From contig JAQGDQ010000458.1 of NCBI GenBank assembly GCA_030141605.1, forward strand, positions 62,001 through 126,000: a stretch of 64,000 bases of DNA. Reading direction: 5' to 3'. Made by a program: the position numbers and the translations under genes. Positions 17,175 to 31,700 of the stretch are shown piece by piece (position 1 is the first letter of the stretch; every line of letters starts with the position of its first letter). Under the pieces are notes generated by a model. It was not told the origin of the DNA, did no database searches, and was given only the letters and a program-made list of their open reading frames with translations. This DNA is from Tubiluchus corallicola. Lineage: Eukaryota; Animalia; Priapulida.

Positions 17175-17678
17175 CAGTCAATCTTGGGTAGAAGGTACTC
17201 GCTTACAAGGGACATTCGCTTATAAGGGACCACCAACACCGGTCCCGATTTTTCGTAACGTTTTTCCCATGTAAAAATCTTCGTATATAAGGTGCTCAGA
17301 TATAAGGGACTTTCGGTTATAAGGGACGATATCTTCAGGTCCCGCATAATAGAAACCCAGGTAAATTACCTCGCAGATAAGGGACATTATGATCAAAGCG
17401 AAATAGATCAATTTTTAACCTCAATTTTTCACAAACTCGGGCTTTGAACAGCTCGGTTTCCGCTGTCACATACATCTCGCATCACTGAAGGAGCTTCCTA
17501 CATACCATTTGCTCTGAATGAATGTGAAGCAATAATCCATAAAAATATGTGTAAAAGTACAGAAAAGTACAGGTCTAGATACACCCTCGGTCTGACTCAA
17601 CTTCGGCTATAAGGGACATCGGATATAAGGGACGATTTTTTCTGGTCCGAAGGCGTCCCTCATATCCGAGATTGACTG
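17175..17678. mobile_element. Tc1/mariner (Tigger-like) MITE
   Basis: TIRs CAGTCAATCTTGG / CCGAGATTGACTG with TA duplication; repeated ATAAGGGAC subterminal motifs. Confidence 0.85.
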
Positions 17679-18386
17679 TATATGACACGTGTAAACTGCC
17701 TTGTTTCCTGAGGGCCAGTAATTCATTGATTCTATCGTTTTTATAAAATGGCAAAGTGCAAAATTCTGAGAACTGCAATATTATTACCGACCCAACAGGC
17801 TCTTTCTCAATAAAAGCACAATGGCATTTGTACGTACGCATGCAAGTGTGTAAAGATTGCACATCAAGTTTCGCTACCGATTGCTAAATTATGGTAAGTG
17901 GGTGGCGCCATCTTGTGCCGTGGTGAGGAGGGTGTGCGATCGGCCACGAAGCAGGCTCATGTTTCAATGAATGAACTCCATGCAAGCACACAGTGCATTC
18001 ACAGTGAAGTGAATGCACATGTCTTGGACGAACACGGCGTATCGCGCAACTCGTCATCTGAATTAAGCAGAGTTTACTGTATTTCCTAAACTGTTATACA
18101 CAACATGGTGAACTATATCAGCGACACACAAAGTACAATATCAGCAGAGCACAATAGTCATTAATTTACAATTATTCGATAACAGATTACCTTGTGAAAA
18201 TTCGGCTAATCATGAGCATCTTAAACATTAATTACCTTACAACAAACTCGAAGCCTGAAATTACGTAGAAATTCTCAACTTCTTAAGTGCAAGATGTCAA
18301 GCAGTGATAGACGTGATGTTAAGCAATGCTAAGTCAAATTAAAAGACCAATCCCTTCCAAAATGATACGAGGTTTTCAGATATATA

Positions 18387-19316
18387 CCGGGTGGTGCAGA
18401 AAAATGTGCCAAAGTTTAGACAAGAATAACATCAGAAGCAAACGCTCTTACAAAGTTGATAGTTCGCAAAATAATATTACACTACATTAGCTTTTTGCTG
18501 TTAAACTTACAGGGTTATGGTTACAATTGCTTTTAAGTTATGAGTGAATTTTTAACTTTTGCATGTTAAAAAATTGAACAATGTATCGTCAACAACTGAA
18601 AAAGAACCACGATGACGTATAAAACACTCAATAGATGGCAGCAAAACAATGAAGGATGTTTATACAAAAGTGTATATGTTATCCCTGCTGTAATTTTCAG
18701 GCGATTCTGCTATTTTCTTCGTATATGACGCATAAAACACTCAATAGATGGCAGCAAAACAATGAAGAAGTAAATCGGCTTACATCACGGTCTTCGTCAC
18801 AGAAAATAAAATGCTGACGAAGATTTGTTGCCAAGAAAAAATGGAACTTAATCAATTTCCTTAAAGAGAAAGTTTACGACGACAACACAGAACCGTCTAA
18901 CAGGGGGAGCTAAAGGCAAAAACTGTTGAATGCTGGAACCAAATACCTCCGAAGGTAGTGAAAAAGTGTGTCAGCTGTTTGAAGAATCACCTTCGTCTTG
19001 TTTGAGGTGAAAATGGTGAGCAAAGAGCACTTATAGAAAATAGGGACACCCATTTTTCGTGGCGTTCCTTCTTTTGACTTTCTGCATCTTTGGAGAAACC
19101 AGTAAGAATGACCTAAATATTTGAAACCAGCGAGAATGACCTAAATATTTGAAACCAGCGAGAATGACCTAAATATTTGAAACCAGCGAGAATGACCTAA
19201 ATATTTTGGTGTTTAAACAAAAGTGTGTATGTTATCCGTACGGTAATTTTCAAGCAATTCTGTCATTTTCTTCTTATCTTGATGCAAACTTTGGCACACT
19301 TTTTTCGCCATCTGCT
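18387..19316 (+). mobile_element. Decayed Tc1/mariner element with transposase C-terminal remnant
   Basis: TIR-like AAAAATGTGCCAAAGTTT / AAACTTTGGCACACTTTTT; frameshifted FLKEKVY...ELKAKTVECWNQIPPKVVKKCVSCLKNHLRLV*GENG at about 18857-19020; 28-bp x4 repeat at 19094-19206. Confidence 0.65.
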
Positions 19317-19748
19317 ATAACATTTATTAGCAATCTTAAGAATCGAATTGCAACTGCAAGGAAAACTGGAGCATCGGAAGGAACCAGTCAACTACATTCA
19401 GGAGCTAGGCACGCTGCACTATCAGAAGAAATGCAGCTTTTATCACTTTTCTCTTGGCTATATCATTTAAAGTAACTTATGAAACGACAAATGGCAACGC
19501 AAAAATAAAATAAAGCTGGCACTGACTCTACTTGCATTTGACATGACATGGGGGGGGGGGGATTAATCACTGCTTAACACCGTGTTAGCTCAAATGTCGA
19601 GAGATGTTACTACCTGCGACATCTAGCGATCAATACTAAACACGACGATATCGGATTTCCCGTACGACTTACACAGTTACAACGTACAACAATTACACTG
19701 GTGAACAAATTCCGCACGTTTATTTTACAAAGGTCGTAACGTTTCTAT

Positions 19749-22700
19749 TTAGTACCGACCTCCGTGTGGATTTCCTTGCATTCCTGGATGCCTGATCAGA
19801 GGTTGCTGACCGTACTGCATAGGTGGCGCACCGTACGACATCGGAGCTGAAAAAAAATGCACCCGTAAGTCTTACACAAAATGCAAGAACTGAACTATGT
19901 AATATATTGCACCAATCATGCTCCAGTCACGTAAAAAACGTCTCCAAGAGTAGGCACTACCTCTTACTGACATGCAGTGTGCCGATGTGGTTAAAAAATA
20001 CTAACAATTGAATATCCTTCGAAATAAATAACTCATCACCAAGAGAGAAAACATTTTTCAACAAGCCATTCATAACATCGTTGAGAAATAACAATAACTG
20101 CAATAGCAGAAACCTTTTAGTGTTAACGAGATGTTATTTTATGGTCTGCCCACTGTGAAATTCTGACGTGGAAATATTAGCCACGAATGTCATAAAACAA
20201 ACTGGTGAAATTTATCCTTAGCAGAGATTTTGAACTGGAACTTCCCTGGCCTAAAAAATGAGAGGTGCCTTACTAGCAAGAGTGACCAATCACCCACCCC
20301 ATTCTAATGTTTTTATAATGCCCCGTGCCCTGTAACATATTCTCACCACCCCTAATCATACTAATGCATAGCAACAGAGAAAAAACAAGATGTGTAAACC
20401 AGCACGCCTGCTTATAAATGTATTTTTTCCGTGAACTGCTTATCTGTGGAATTCTCTATCAGGAAGTAGTTTGCTTGCTACAAGAAGAATGTCACTAAGA
20501 TGATTAGTTACACGCAGGGCCAGAATTTCGTTATATTTTGGCAGAATTATGCCATGGTGACATTTTGCGAGAAGCCAGCTACATTACATTATAATTTAGT
20601 AATTATAAAAACTAATCACTAGAAAAACAGGGATAAGAATGACAAATTGCAAAAAAGTCTTAAACAGGCCGGGGGTTGGGGGGCTGCCTAGGTCCCCAAT
20701 GGGGTTGAGGGACAAAGCCCCCAACAAATTGCAATTTTGTGACCATAGAGAGCCACTAAGTGGACTTAAATATCAATTACCTTGTTTTATAATTTAAAAT
20801 ACCCACCTATCAAGGATACATGATACATATGATCGTGAAGCTTCAAAACAAATTTTATTTTGTAGATATTTGTTGCCTATATTTCATAAATTATAAAATT
20901 AAACTTGGTTTTATTCAAATTACGCTGTGGTATTTCGGTTGTTTGTGTCTGGAGGCCTCAAAGCTTCACATTTGTCAGCAATGAAGATATGCCGCATTGC
21001 CATAAAAGGCATGCTACAAATCGTACAGATTATCAAATAAACGATATTTACGCTTTATTTGAACTATTTTAGCCAAAACTTTTCAGCGATTTTTAACATC
21101 TAGGAGATAAAAAGTAAGCTGGATAAATACCTCGAAAAAATGCAACTGAAAGTTTCGGTTATGATTTCGACGAAAACGAGGTTCAACCCTGAAAAATTTT
21201 CTCAACGAATTTACGCTAATTACAAAAATGGCACTACCGGTCTTCCAAAAACGCGGAAATCTGCGTATCCGCGGAAAATTCTCATTCCTGGAAATACTAC
21301 CACCTTTTTCGGAACGAAATCAAACATTTTCTGATTCACAAAAACTTTACTAAATCATCCCCTTTCCCTGACTTTCCAGGATAGCCTGTATTTCCAAGGA
21401 TTTTCCCTGACCGTGGGAACTCTGGCGAATGTTAGACGAATGGATTCGGAAATTCACATCAAAATTCTGGCCCGCATCCGTACTAATTCTCTGGACATCT
21501 AAATATTTTCACCATTTTTCTGAAGTGCGCGTTCTTAGTTCTGAGCTGCTACAGACCTAGCACGTGGCGACTTGTGAATCAGTCACATGCGCCTTTACCC
21601 CCCCCCCCCCCAGTTCGAGCCACTTACCTCTTCAGCGTCACTCGAAATGTCGAATTTCCAATAGACTTACCCTGCATCATCTGGTTCATGTTACCGCCAC
21701 GAGGGGGCGGCATAAGTGGTGCATTACCCATTAATCCCTGCGACGATGTGGGCGGGCGATTATTCATTGCTTGCGAAGCCAAGTTTGCCATGCTCTGAGA
21801 AGCCCGTTTCACTTGATATTTTGGTAGATCTGCTCTCTTCTCCTCCTGGAAGTAAAATTAAAGGAAAACGCGATAATTTTTCGTGTTCTACCCCATTCTG
21901 AATGCCAACATGTTTCTGATAGTTAAATAATTAAACACTTAATGAAAGACAGCTGAGCTCAGCTAGCAATGACATAACAAACCAACATAATTTTCAACAG
22001 CAAAAATATTTCACAAGTGCGTTGCACGTGTTTGCGAAAGCGAAAATTGAAGTACAGTGCTCGTTGTACAGCATTCAATGAGACACATGAAGACTCGGTA
22101 AATTTTAAGTTTGAAATCAAGGTTTACCAGTGGAGAAAATTCAGAGAAAAATATCGCAGAGAAATACAATATGCCAACTGCTCGTGGTAAAGTGGTTCAC
22201 AGACATGCATTCGCATTCATTCTTGTTTGTTACCTAGATGCATTCGTCAACTGAGGACACGTTCGTCAACGGATGTTTTACGGAGTAACTTATGCGAGAA
22301 TCGAAATGCTCAAAATTGCAGGTGTTTATGAACCGAGATTTCACCGCATACTGCGCATTATAGTCAAGTCGGTATACACTAATAGAGGATCTTGAAGATC
22401 TCAGCACATGAAGAGTACCCATATTGCTGTTTGCCATCAGGCAATTTTTAACTCATTTAACAATAAGAACTCCATGCAGTTTCAAGCAGATGTTTAACAT
22501 TTAGAACGGTATATTATTTGCAGTTATACTTTTGTGATTAAAGGAACAATTCTTAAATTAGTATAATTCGAAACATTTATATTTGTACTTACGCTCTATG
22601 CGGTATGGCAGTATTATATGTAATTATTTTGTTGTTTTTATTTCAGCCTGATCATTGCTGCAGTATCATAAATAAACCACTTTGATTCAGCAAAAACTTC

Positions 22701-25700
22701 CATTAATAATCACTGTTTTTCCCATCCACAAATCTTACTCTGCATGTGCCCGCCTCACAAATCAACCAATGTGATGAATTCAAAAAGCAAACGTGAAAAT
22801 TCAGGAAAACTTAATCACAAAACATACCAGGGAGATATCCTCTTCCGGATGTATAATCTTACTGCTTGCTCCGGTTGTCGTTACCGTAGCCGGTTTACTA
22901 GACGACGACACTGGAAAAAAATCAAATGCGAAATTAAATTCTGGAGAATTTAACACGGCATAAACTGTTTGGTAATAGTGATGGGTGATTAATAATTATT
23001 AATTATAATTATGATAATCACAATTATAATTACAGTTATTAATTATTAATCACTAATTATTATCAATTAATTATTAACTAATTATTATCAATTAATTATT
23101 AAGGATTAATTATTATTAATTACTTATTAATAAATAGATTAATCAAATTAATCGAGATTACAACCACGTATAAATCGACTAATTTAGTAATTCAGTTAAC
23201 AGAGAGCAAAATATACTTGCTAAACACTGACTAACAGACCCTGTTTTAGCACAAATAAACGGAATTCTTGCATTTTTTCTTCATTTTTCTCACCTTACAC
23301 AACGTGCACAAGTGTAAACCAGAGTGTTACAAACTGGGGCTTCTTATTCGTTTTCACATGACGTGTGTACTTGAAATAGTAATAGAGTAGTCAATGAATG
23401 CACGCGTTTATAAAAATAGTTTGCAAGTACAAAAATGGCAGACAGCAACGAAAAGCAGGAAGACGTTTATTGGCTATATTTCAGTGCTGCAATGTTTGAA
23501 AATGTGTGACTAAAACACTAAAAACTATCGCAAGAGATTAACTGTGATATCGAATTACAAGAACAAGATTGTAACCAAATTCGAAAATTTCAAAATTGCC
23601 CATGACTAGTTTGTAACACGACTTTGTCCTGAGAATTTAACGAGTAACCAGTTTAACCTGTTTCAGTGACGTTTACAAACAAAACCCCTAGTGGCTAAAA
23701 ACGGAAACTGCACGAAAGATTTGTACAGGACAAAAATCAGCTAAGAATGAACATGCTAGTATTCTGAAGTTTCTATTATCAGTGCAAACTGTAAACGGCC
23801 ACTTCAACGGTCAGCTGACACTGACCAAGCAACAAATAAACAAACGCACGAAATTCACACGAAAACACTGACAAGTCGTCAGAAGCTACGGTTTTACCTG
23901 ACCATTTCTGATAAATAAATTTCAAAACAGAAAACAAACTAAAATTTTGTTTCTAATTTAATTTCACAGATTAAACGAAGTCGAATATGAAGTCAAAATT
24001 GGTCGATGAATTTTCATTTTGCTTACGTCATGTTACATTCAATTATTATCAATATTATTATTATTATTGTTGTTGTTGTTATTATTATTATTATTGTTAT
24101 TATTATTATTATTATTGTTATTATTATTGTTGTTGTTGTTATTATTATTGTTATTATTATTATTATTGTTGTTGTTGTTGTTGTTATTATTATTATTATA
24201 ATTATTGTTATTATTATTATTATTATTGTTATTATTGTTATTATTATTGTTATTATTATTGTTATTATTATTATTATTGTTATTATTATTATTGTTGTTG
24301 TTGTTGTTGTTGTTGTTGTTATTATTATTATTGTTGTTATTATTATTATTATTGTTATTATTATTGTTGTTGTTATTATTATTATTATTATTATTATTGT
24401 TATTATTATTATTATTATTGTTATTATTATTATTATTGTTGTTGTTGTTGTTGTTGTTGTTGTTATTATTATTATTATTATTATTACTATTATTATCGAT
24501 ATTATTATTATTTTTTTTCGACATTTCGTTCGTTTCATTCCTGTATTATTGCAAATGCTTAAAACTTCATTCCGTTCTGTTCGCGTGTTGAATAGAACTC
24601 ATTCTTGTGTATTTCGTTTCCTGATCGCGTCTCGTTTACCAGAGAATCACGGAGTTTCCGGATCGTGTCTCGTTTACCAGAGAATCACGGAGTTTCCGGA
24701 TCGCGTCTCGTTCACCAGAGAATCACGGAGTTTCCTGATCGTGTCTCGTTGACCAGAGAATCACCGAGTTTCTGTGTCGTTTTACTGAACGTATTTTTAC
24801 CCGACAGTCGATTAGTGATTGAGTAACTGATAAACGTCTAATAAAAACAAACCAAAATATGCACAAGCGTAAGGAGTCCGATGATTTTTCCCTCGTAATA
24901 CCATCGCATCAACGTTTATTTAAGAATTAGTTGTTTTTCTAAGTGACCTTTTAAATAGTAGGTCGTGCGTAGCTAGTCCGTGCATTCACCTTGCGCTCTG
25001 ATTGGCTGCCAGATGGCGCCACATGTTTGTTGCATTCACCTTGCACTCTGATTGGCCGCCAGATGGCATCACATGTTTGTTAGCTACACGTTTTTGTGTT
25101 TACTGTCCCCGATCATGGCATTTTTTAGTCCGGGATGTGGATAGAAAGGCATTCCAATTTTAACTAATATCAAAAACTTAACACACTGTCATCAGCTTTT
25201 AACGCTGCTGATTTTCATGTATTGTCATTATTTTTTCCAAGATTTTGTTTGTCTTGTTTCTGTATCATTGTAAACGCCTAAAATTCCGTGCCACTCCGTT
25301 CTGTTCATGTATTGAATAGAAGTCGTTTGTGTATTTCATCTGAGTATAGTGTATTGTGTGCCAAATACTGACTGAATGTAGTTTAAATAGTACGACACTT
25401 TAAGAAAAGCTTCTGATGCTTCCCGCTACCTGCCCACAATTGTTTCTAAGAATGTTTCTGTACCTGAAGAAGCGCTTGCCGCTTTAGACGGACCGGGAGC
25501 CGACGTTGATGCTGGTGTTACGTACGCCGGGAATGTAGGCTTTGTAGAGGGCACCGTTGTCACAGGACTTGACGATCCGGAAGAAGACCCTAACGGCCGG
25601 AAGTCGGTCCCTACGGGAGTTGAGCTGGATGACGCTGCGACCTGGAAACATTACACAAATCAAGAACGACAATGTTATAACTTGACTCATATCTTAGAAA

Positions 25701-28700
25701 TTGGAACTACACTCTACGAATATCAGAAGAATCGGACAAAATCTGGACGGTTAAAATGTCTCGCATACTATGGACAGTCTGCTTGCTGTTTTGCGAGCTG
25801 ACCACGATTTGGCAGACCGTCACTTTGTTTACATCATTACGTCAGTGTAAACACGTGTATTTCCGTATATATAAAAATGTAGAGTCAATTATATGGAGTG
25901 ATTTGAGCCAATTGACGACAGTTTTTATATACATTTGCACAAGAGCAGCCCATTATATATACTATTACATAAGAGAGACTTTTGTCTGGCAAAAAATAAC
26001 GATAAGGCAGCTGTAATTTTTTTTATTATTCTCACATGAACTGTTCTAGTGAAGCAGGTAACTTTCTAAATTCCCTACATTACAGTCTAATGAACAAAAC
26101 TGAAAGGAAAGAAAGATGGCTACATTTTTGACATCTTTTACCATCTACTGCTTTTGATTTGAAGAAGCCAATTCGAGAATTCAAGGTGAAGATACATGTG
26201 CATTTAGCATGGTAAAATCGCCTATTCTATATGGACACGGTTTTTCAGACATTTTTCTATATTCTACAAAAAATTATTGACTTAACTGATATCACTAAGT
26301 TTTGTAAGGATACATAACAATCAGGGGAACGTTAACCAATAGACTAATTAGCTAATAGCCAATTAATTAATTAGGCTAAAGTTTGAGGGACGTCACATCT
26401 TAGAAAAAAATTCTCAGAAAGTGTGTATACTTTCATATTCATTTAAATGGCACATTTTATAACACACCACAGGCAGTTACCGAGAGCAGCTTTTATATAA
26501 GTGTCACATGACGGACAGGTGCAAGGTATTACACAACAAGCAGTTGAGAAGGCTGCTTGAATATAAGCACTATGCGAATACATGTAATTAATAATGACCA
26601 CGTAGAAACTGGGTTAGTACTGTTTCTAATACACCACAAGTAGTTGTTTAATCTGCTCATTACATAAACAATCATAAATTCACAATAGAGGGACAGAACT
26701 ATCAGCCTAGGGCATTGCAACACCCCTGATAATACTGTATATTCAGGTTTCCTGTAAATATGTTCTAAACAAACCAGTCGCTACTTGTATTATCTTACTA
26801 CAGTCAATAGCATATAATATAAAAACGGTTTTAAATAAGTATGCATAAAATAATGCCATTAAAAATGATAAACATGACAAGAGTCGACTTACGGCCGCAG
26901 CGGCAGCAGGAAACAGCAGTTTCCCGGGAACGGGAGCCGCCTGTGAAGCCTGCGGAGAACTAGATGGCGGCGCTACTGTAGCCGCAGGCGGTTGAGGAGG
27001 AGGAGCGGACGTCGGCACGGTCGACACCGGCATGCCCGACACTGGCACCGGCGGCGGCATCGGTCGCATGCCCGGCATCATCATCATCGGCTGCATTGGC
27101 ATGCTGTAGAAAAAAAGCAGAGTTGAATTGAAGTTGCACAGAACAGTACAGGTAAATTAAAATCAGTAGTTTAGAGGACTCTATCAGAATCGACCACACC
27201 TGAAAGCAGGTAAGTAACATTTTGGAAATAATTTCCAAATACCTAGAATGAAAAAGTTATTTATAATCTCGTGCTATAGCAGCAAAGATGGAAGTGGTCA
27301 TTTTGGCGGGAAAGTTTAAAGACGAAGAAGAAGAAGAAAAAAGTATGTCCCCAAAAACTTTCCACACAAAGTTATATTGTCTCTAAAGCATTGCACATTG
27401 CAATGTGCTAAAATGTGCAAAAGGTGCATTCTTGCGAAAGTGTTTTATGAAACACAGTTAAGATCTTAACTCGTCGCAAAAATGTCAAATTTGAAAAGCT
27501 TACATTAACCTCTCTACTGCCACACAATATGCATCATTGCAGCTGCTATAAGGGAATAATTGAAAAAAGGAAAAGTAATTATAGCTACAGACAACAGATT
27601 ACTGCAAGTTTTCCAATATCACCACCAATTTTATTATTAAAACCATAATTGCCATCACCACAGGTGTTCACAGCTTAATGTCATGTCAAAAGTAGTTTTG
27701 CTTTGTGTGGTATAAGCGTCTTGCGGAATAGAAAACAAAATTCAAAACACGGCAGACTGCAGCACACATTCGGCAATACCGGCAATCTTTTTCTGCACAT
27801 TTTGCACACGTTTTTGCCAACAGGCATTCTTTGGCCTATGTACTAAATTTTTGGCCAACAGAGGACAGCGCCATTGTTAATAACCTGATTCATGAAGTGT
27901 GCGTGGCATATGTAGATATCATTGCTACTGTGGTACCTGCATAATAAGCATGATGGTACAGTCTCGTGATACAGGCCAGTCAGAATGGCATTTTTATAAT
28001 AGGAGATTCTCATCATACAGGCAGTAAAGTGGTTAAAGCACAAGAAAATCCTTCATAAACATAAAGCTTAAAAAATTCATTTTGAAATTTTATATCACTT
28101 ACATACTGCCTTTTTGCAATCAGGACTTCAATCGGCAGTCACGCTGTATAAAACATGTAAATTTAAACTCCCGCGATGACCGTTAGACGCAGCCATTTTC
28201 ACGACACGTCATTTAAAATAAGTTTAGATAACATTTTGTAAAGTTTGAAAAAGTAATCCAAGGAAAGTAAGTCACTAACTAACTAAAATTTAAAACTACT
28301 GTATCTTGTCAATAAGATTAAAAATACGTTTTTTGGTTAGTGAGCGGTGCACCCTGGAGGGTGAGTCAGCGACATTTTACCAATTGGTGAAAACATTTTA
28401 AATAATTAATAATTTTCTTTTCTAGTTACATAAGTCTTTCTAGCAGGTAAGCGAAATGCTAAGTAATATAACTTTGCATGGAAAGTTTTGTGAGATATAA
28501 TTTAACATTGCCTTTTCTTCCCTTCATTTACGTTTGGTACATGACGTCATGTAATGGCGACTTCGGAACAGTATTGCGGGAGATTTAAAATGAGAACAAA
28601 CTAAAATTCCTTTTAGTGCGAGTACGATATACGCATTAAATTGTTGTAAAGTAATTTAATTTTGTAAGACGATTTTTCTGAAACCTACTTCAGGTGCCCC

Positions 28701-31700
28701 TTTTCTTGTCCTTTAAGCATTACCAAAAATCCTACATTTCTTCTTAGTTTACACCTGGGAAATGTAATCTCACCCAGTAAAAATCTAGTGCCAGGTAAAA
28801 AAACAAATTTTCTGAAAAACTCGAGATTATCGTGACAAAAATGCTTTACTTACCCCGGTCCCATGAAAGGTGGCATACCAGGCATGGGAGCCATTGGTCC
28901 CATAGGCCCCATCACCGGCATCATGGGCATTTGTCCGGGGACCCCGGGTCTCGGCATCATCGGCATCGGAGCTCCCGGCATCATCATGGGAGGCGGCATC
29001 ATGTGCGGCACTCCGGGAGGCGGCATGGGAGGTGGTTCCGGTTTCGGCTTTTTCGTTAAAGGTTCCTCGTCACCTAGGCAAACGTACACGGTGATATGTA
29101 CAGATAGAAAGTGACTTGAAACAGTGATAACAAAGGATTATCAAATTTGGTACTGCAAGGTCCTGTGTCTGACGGGAAGCTGTGAAGATGATATTATAGG
29201 GTTACCATACGTCAGGGTTTCCCCGGACACGTCCTCTTTTTGGGACTCTGTCCGGGCGGATTTTCAAAAAATCGGCAGTTTGTCGGGGTTTTGTCTCAAT
29301 GCGTAAGTATGTACGGATGTTGCCAATTGCTGAGGTGTACGGCAGTACGAGACAAAGAAAAGCTCGTTAATTTTCAATACAAGATGTTGCCAACATCTCA
29401 AAATGCAACCCTTGTAAAAGCTTTGTGTGTACATATTTACTGAATAAACGTAAGCGATGCGCACATCACTATGGGTCACCCGACTCACACCGCTGTCGAT
29501 ACTCGGCTTAAATTGACGTCAGCTTCCGGGGGCCATTTTGTTTGTTTTTATGTGAATTTCTTTAAATTTGTATAGTTTCACTGTTTTGCAGTTTTGAGCA
29601 TAACTGGTAAAAGTTAATTAAAAAGTAGCAATGCCGAAATGACAGTGTGCATTTACAGATGAGATGAAGGTCAAGTACCCGTGACCTCTTTTTCAACTCA
29701 CACAATATAGTAACCCTATATATATATATATATATAATTAATAAGCTAAGAAACAAGAAATGGTAATAGGTTCAATATTTGTTTACTTTGCTGACATAAT
29801 AAAATTACATTGATTAGCAAGAAATTACACAAACTCAATAATTTAAATTTATTTTGAAAGTTACACATTTTGCAATTTCCTATTTTCACCACAACGGTAG
29901 ACAAATATTTTGTCTCGCTTATCGGCAAACCATAGTTCACAAAACATTTCTATGGCATGTTCAGACTAGTAAGTTTGCGACAGAAAACTCGCTAGTTTGA
30001 ATATGCCACTAGACTCGCTGCAGTACAGAATAATATCAATACTTTTAATATAAAATTTAGCAAAGAAGAGTCCGATAAATGCGAACTAGAATGTCTGGAA
30101 AATGTCTAGAATGAACCTTTACAAGGACTCGAACCAAAGACCCAAAGACACAATCTGGTGGCAGATTACAACGTTATCTGACTTGTAAGGTCATTAACCC
30201 TTTCACTACGTAGCTGCGTTTTAACAGGGCCGATTTGGTTTTTTGCATATTTGACAATAACTTCTTGTGGCGTGTTACCAAAACAGAATCTTGTAAATAA
30301 ACAAATGGTCATCTGTTACTAAACACTGATATTGAATAATAGTTTTATTTATGCACATGCGTACACATCCGAACACACACACATACATTCATGCATGTAC
30401 GCACGTGCACACCCACACAAATAAACATGTTCTCATATTTAGAAGCCAATTTTCACAAGAGTCGTATTACTAACCCATAATACCCAATTATTTTAAGAAT
30501 GCAGAACAAGTGACTAAACACGTTTCATCAACTACCAACAAGCAATTTTGCATGAGAACGTGCTATACAGTAGAGTATTATGGAATGCTGCTGGCTTCAG
30601 ACGCTGATTGGCTGGTTAGCCTTACTTGTTGCAAAGCAACGCCAATCCCATGGCTGTTAAACTTTTCTACAATGTTTTTGCATGGCGGTAGTACCAGTGA
30701 AATAAACAGACCTGGGTGACTGTGCTTAGTGCTGAACCCGGGCGGTGCTCTGTCTCCTTCCGTCCCTTACAAGAAAAAGCAGTGTGCCACCTTCTGTAGT
30801 GAAAGGGTTAACATTTACAAGTTTTCCTTTCAAAGGTTATTATTACTAAACATTCAACTTCTTGTACAATAGGGCAAACCTTTTCCGGCTTTTTCCTGTT
30901 CATGCGCTTTAAGATCATCTTCCGGGATCCCTTCCATGCCGTATATTTCGATTTCAATGTTCGTCCTGCCAGGTACGGAATTGGGTACTCCGTCCACTAC
31001 CTCCTTATGCACCTGCAAAAAAGTAACAAAACCCATTTGAAAGAAAACTGAGGTCCAAAACACAAAATTTGGCTTAAATGGTTGTAAAAACATAGTGCCG
31101 CGCACGTATTACCTGCTACCCGTGTTTGGAAAATCTACTTTTTCAACTTCAACGTATACGATCGCTAATTGACAGACCATCACTTTGTTTACATCAAGCA
31201 GCAGGTAACGACAATGTGTAGCTTGTATGTCAGCAAGTATAAGTGGTTTAGAATCAATTATCTGAGTGAATTGGTGACAGTTTTTATATACTAGACGTTT
31301 TTGAGACAATTAGACGATTGATTCTATATTACTGTAAGTCTAATATGTCAGGAGCGGACCGTACTAAACGTTTTTGAGACAATTAGGTGATTGATTCTAC
31401 ATTACCGTGAGTCTAATATGTCAGGAGTGGCCCGTACTAGACGTTTCTGAGACAATTAGGTGATTGATTCTACATTACCGTGAGTCTAATATGTCAGGAG
31501 TGGCCCGTACTAAACGTTTTTGAGACAATTAGATAATTGATTCTACATTACTGTGAGTCTAATACATTGTGTCTACTGTATTAACTTAGTATCGGTAAAT
31601 ACGGACAATCGACAAATTCGGACCTACGTCTCCCCGTTTTTGTCTAGCAAGATATGAGTGTATTTTGCGAAACATTTACATTTTCTAATTTGGCACAGGA

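Noticed and set aside
23987-24752. Long ORFs with poly-Y/C, I/V, L or N (also 37051-37440 and 43235-43835)
   Set aside because: Translations of microsatellites.
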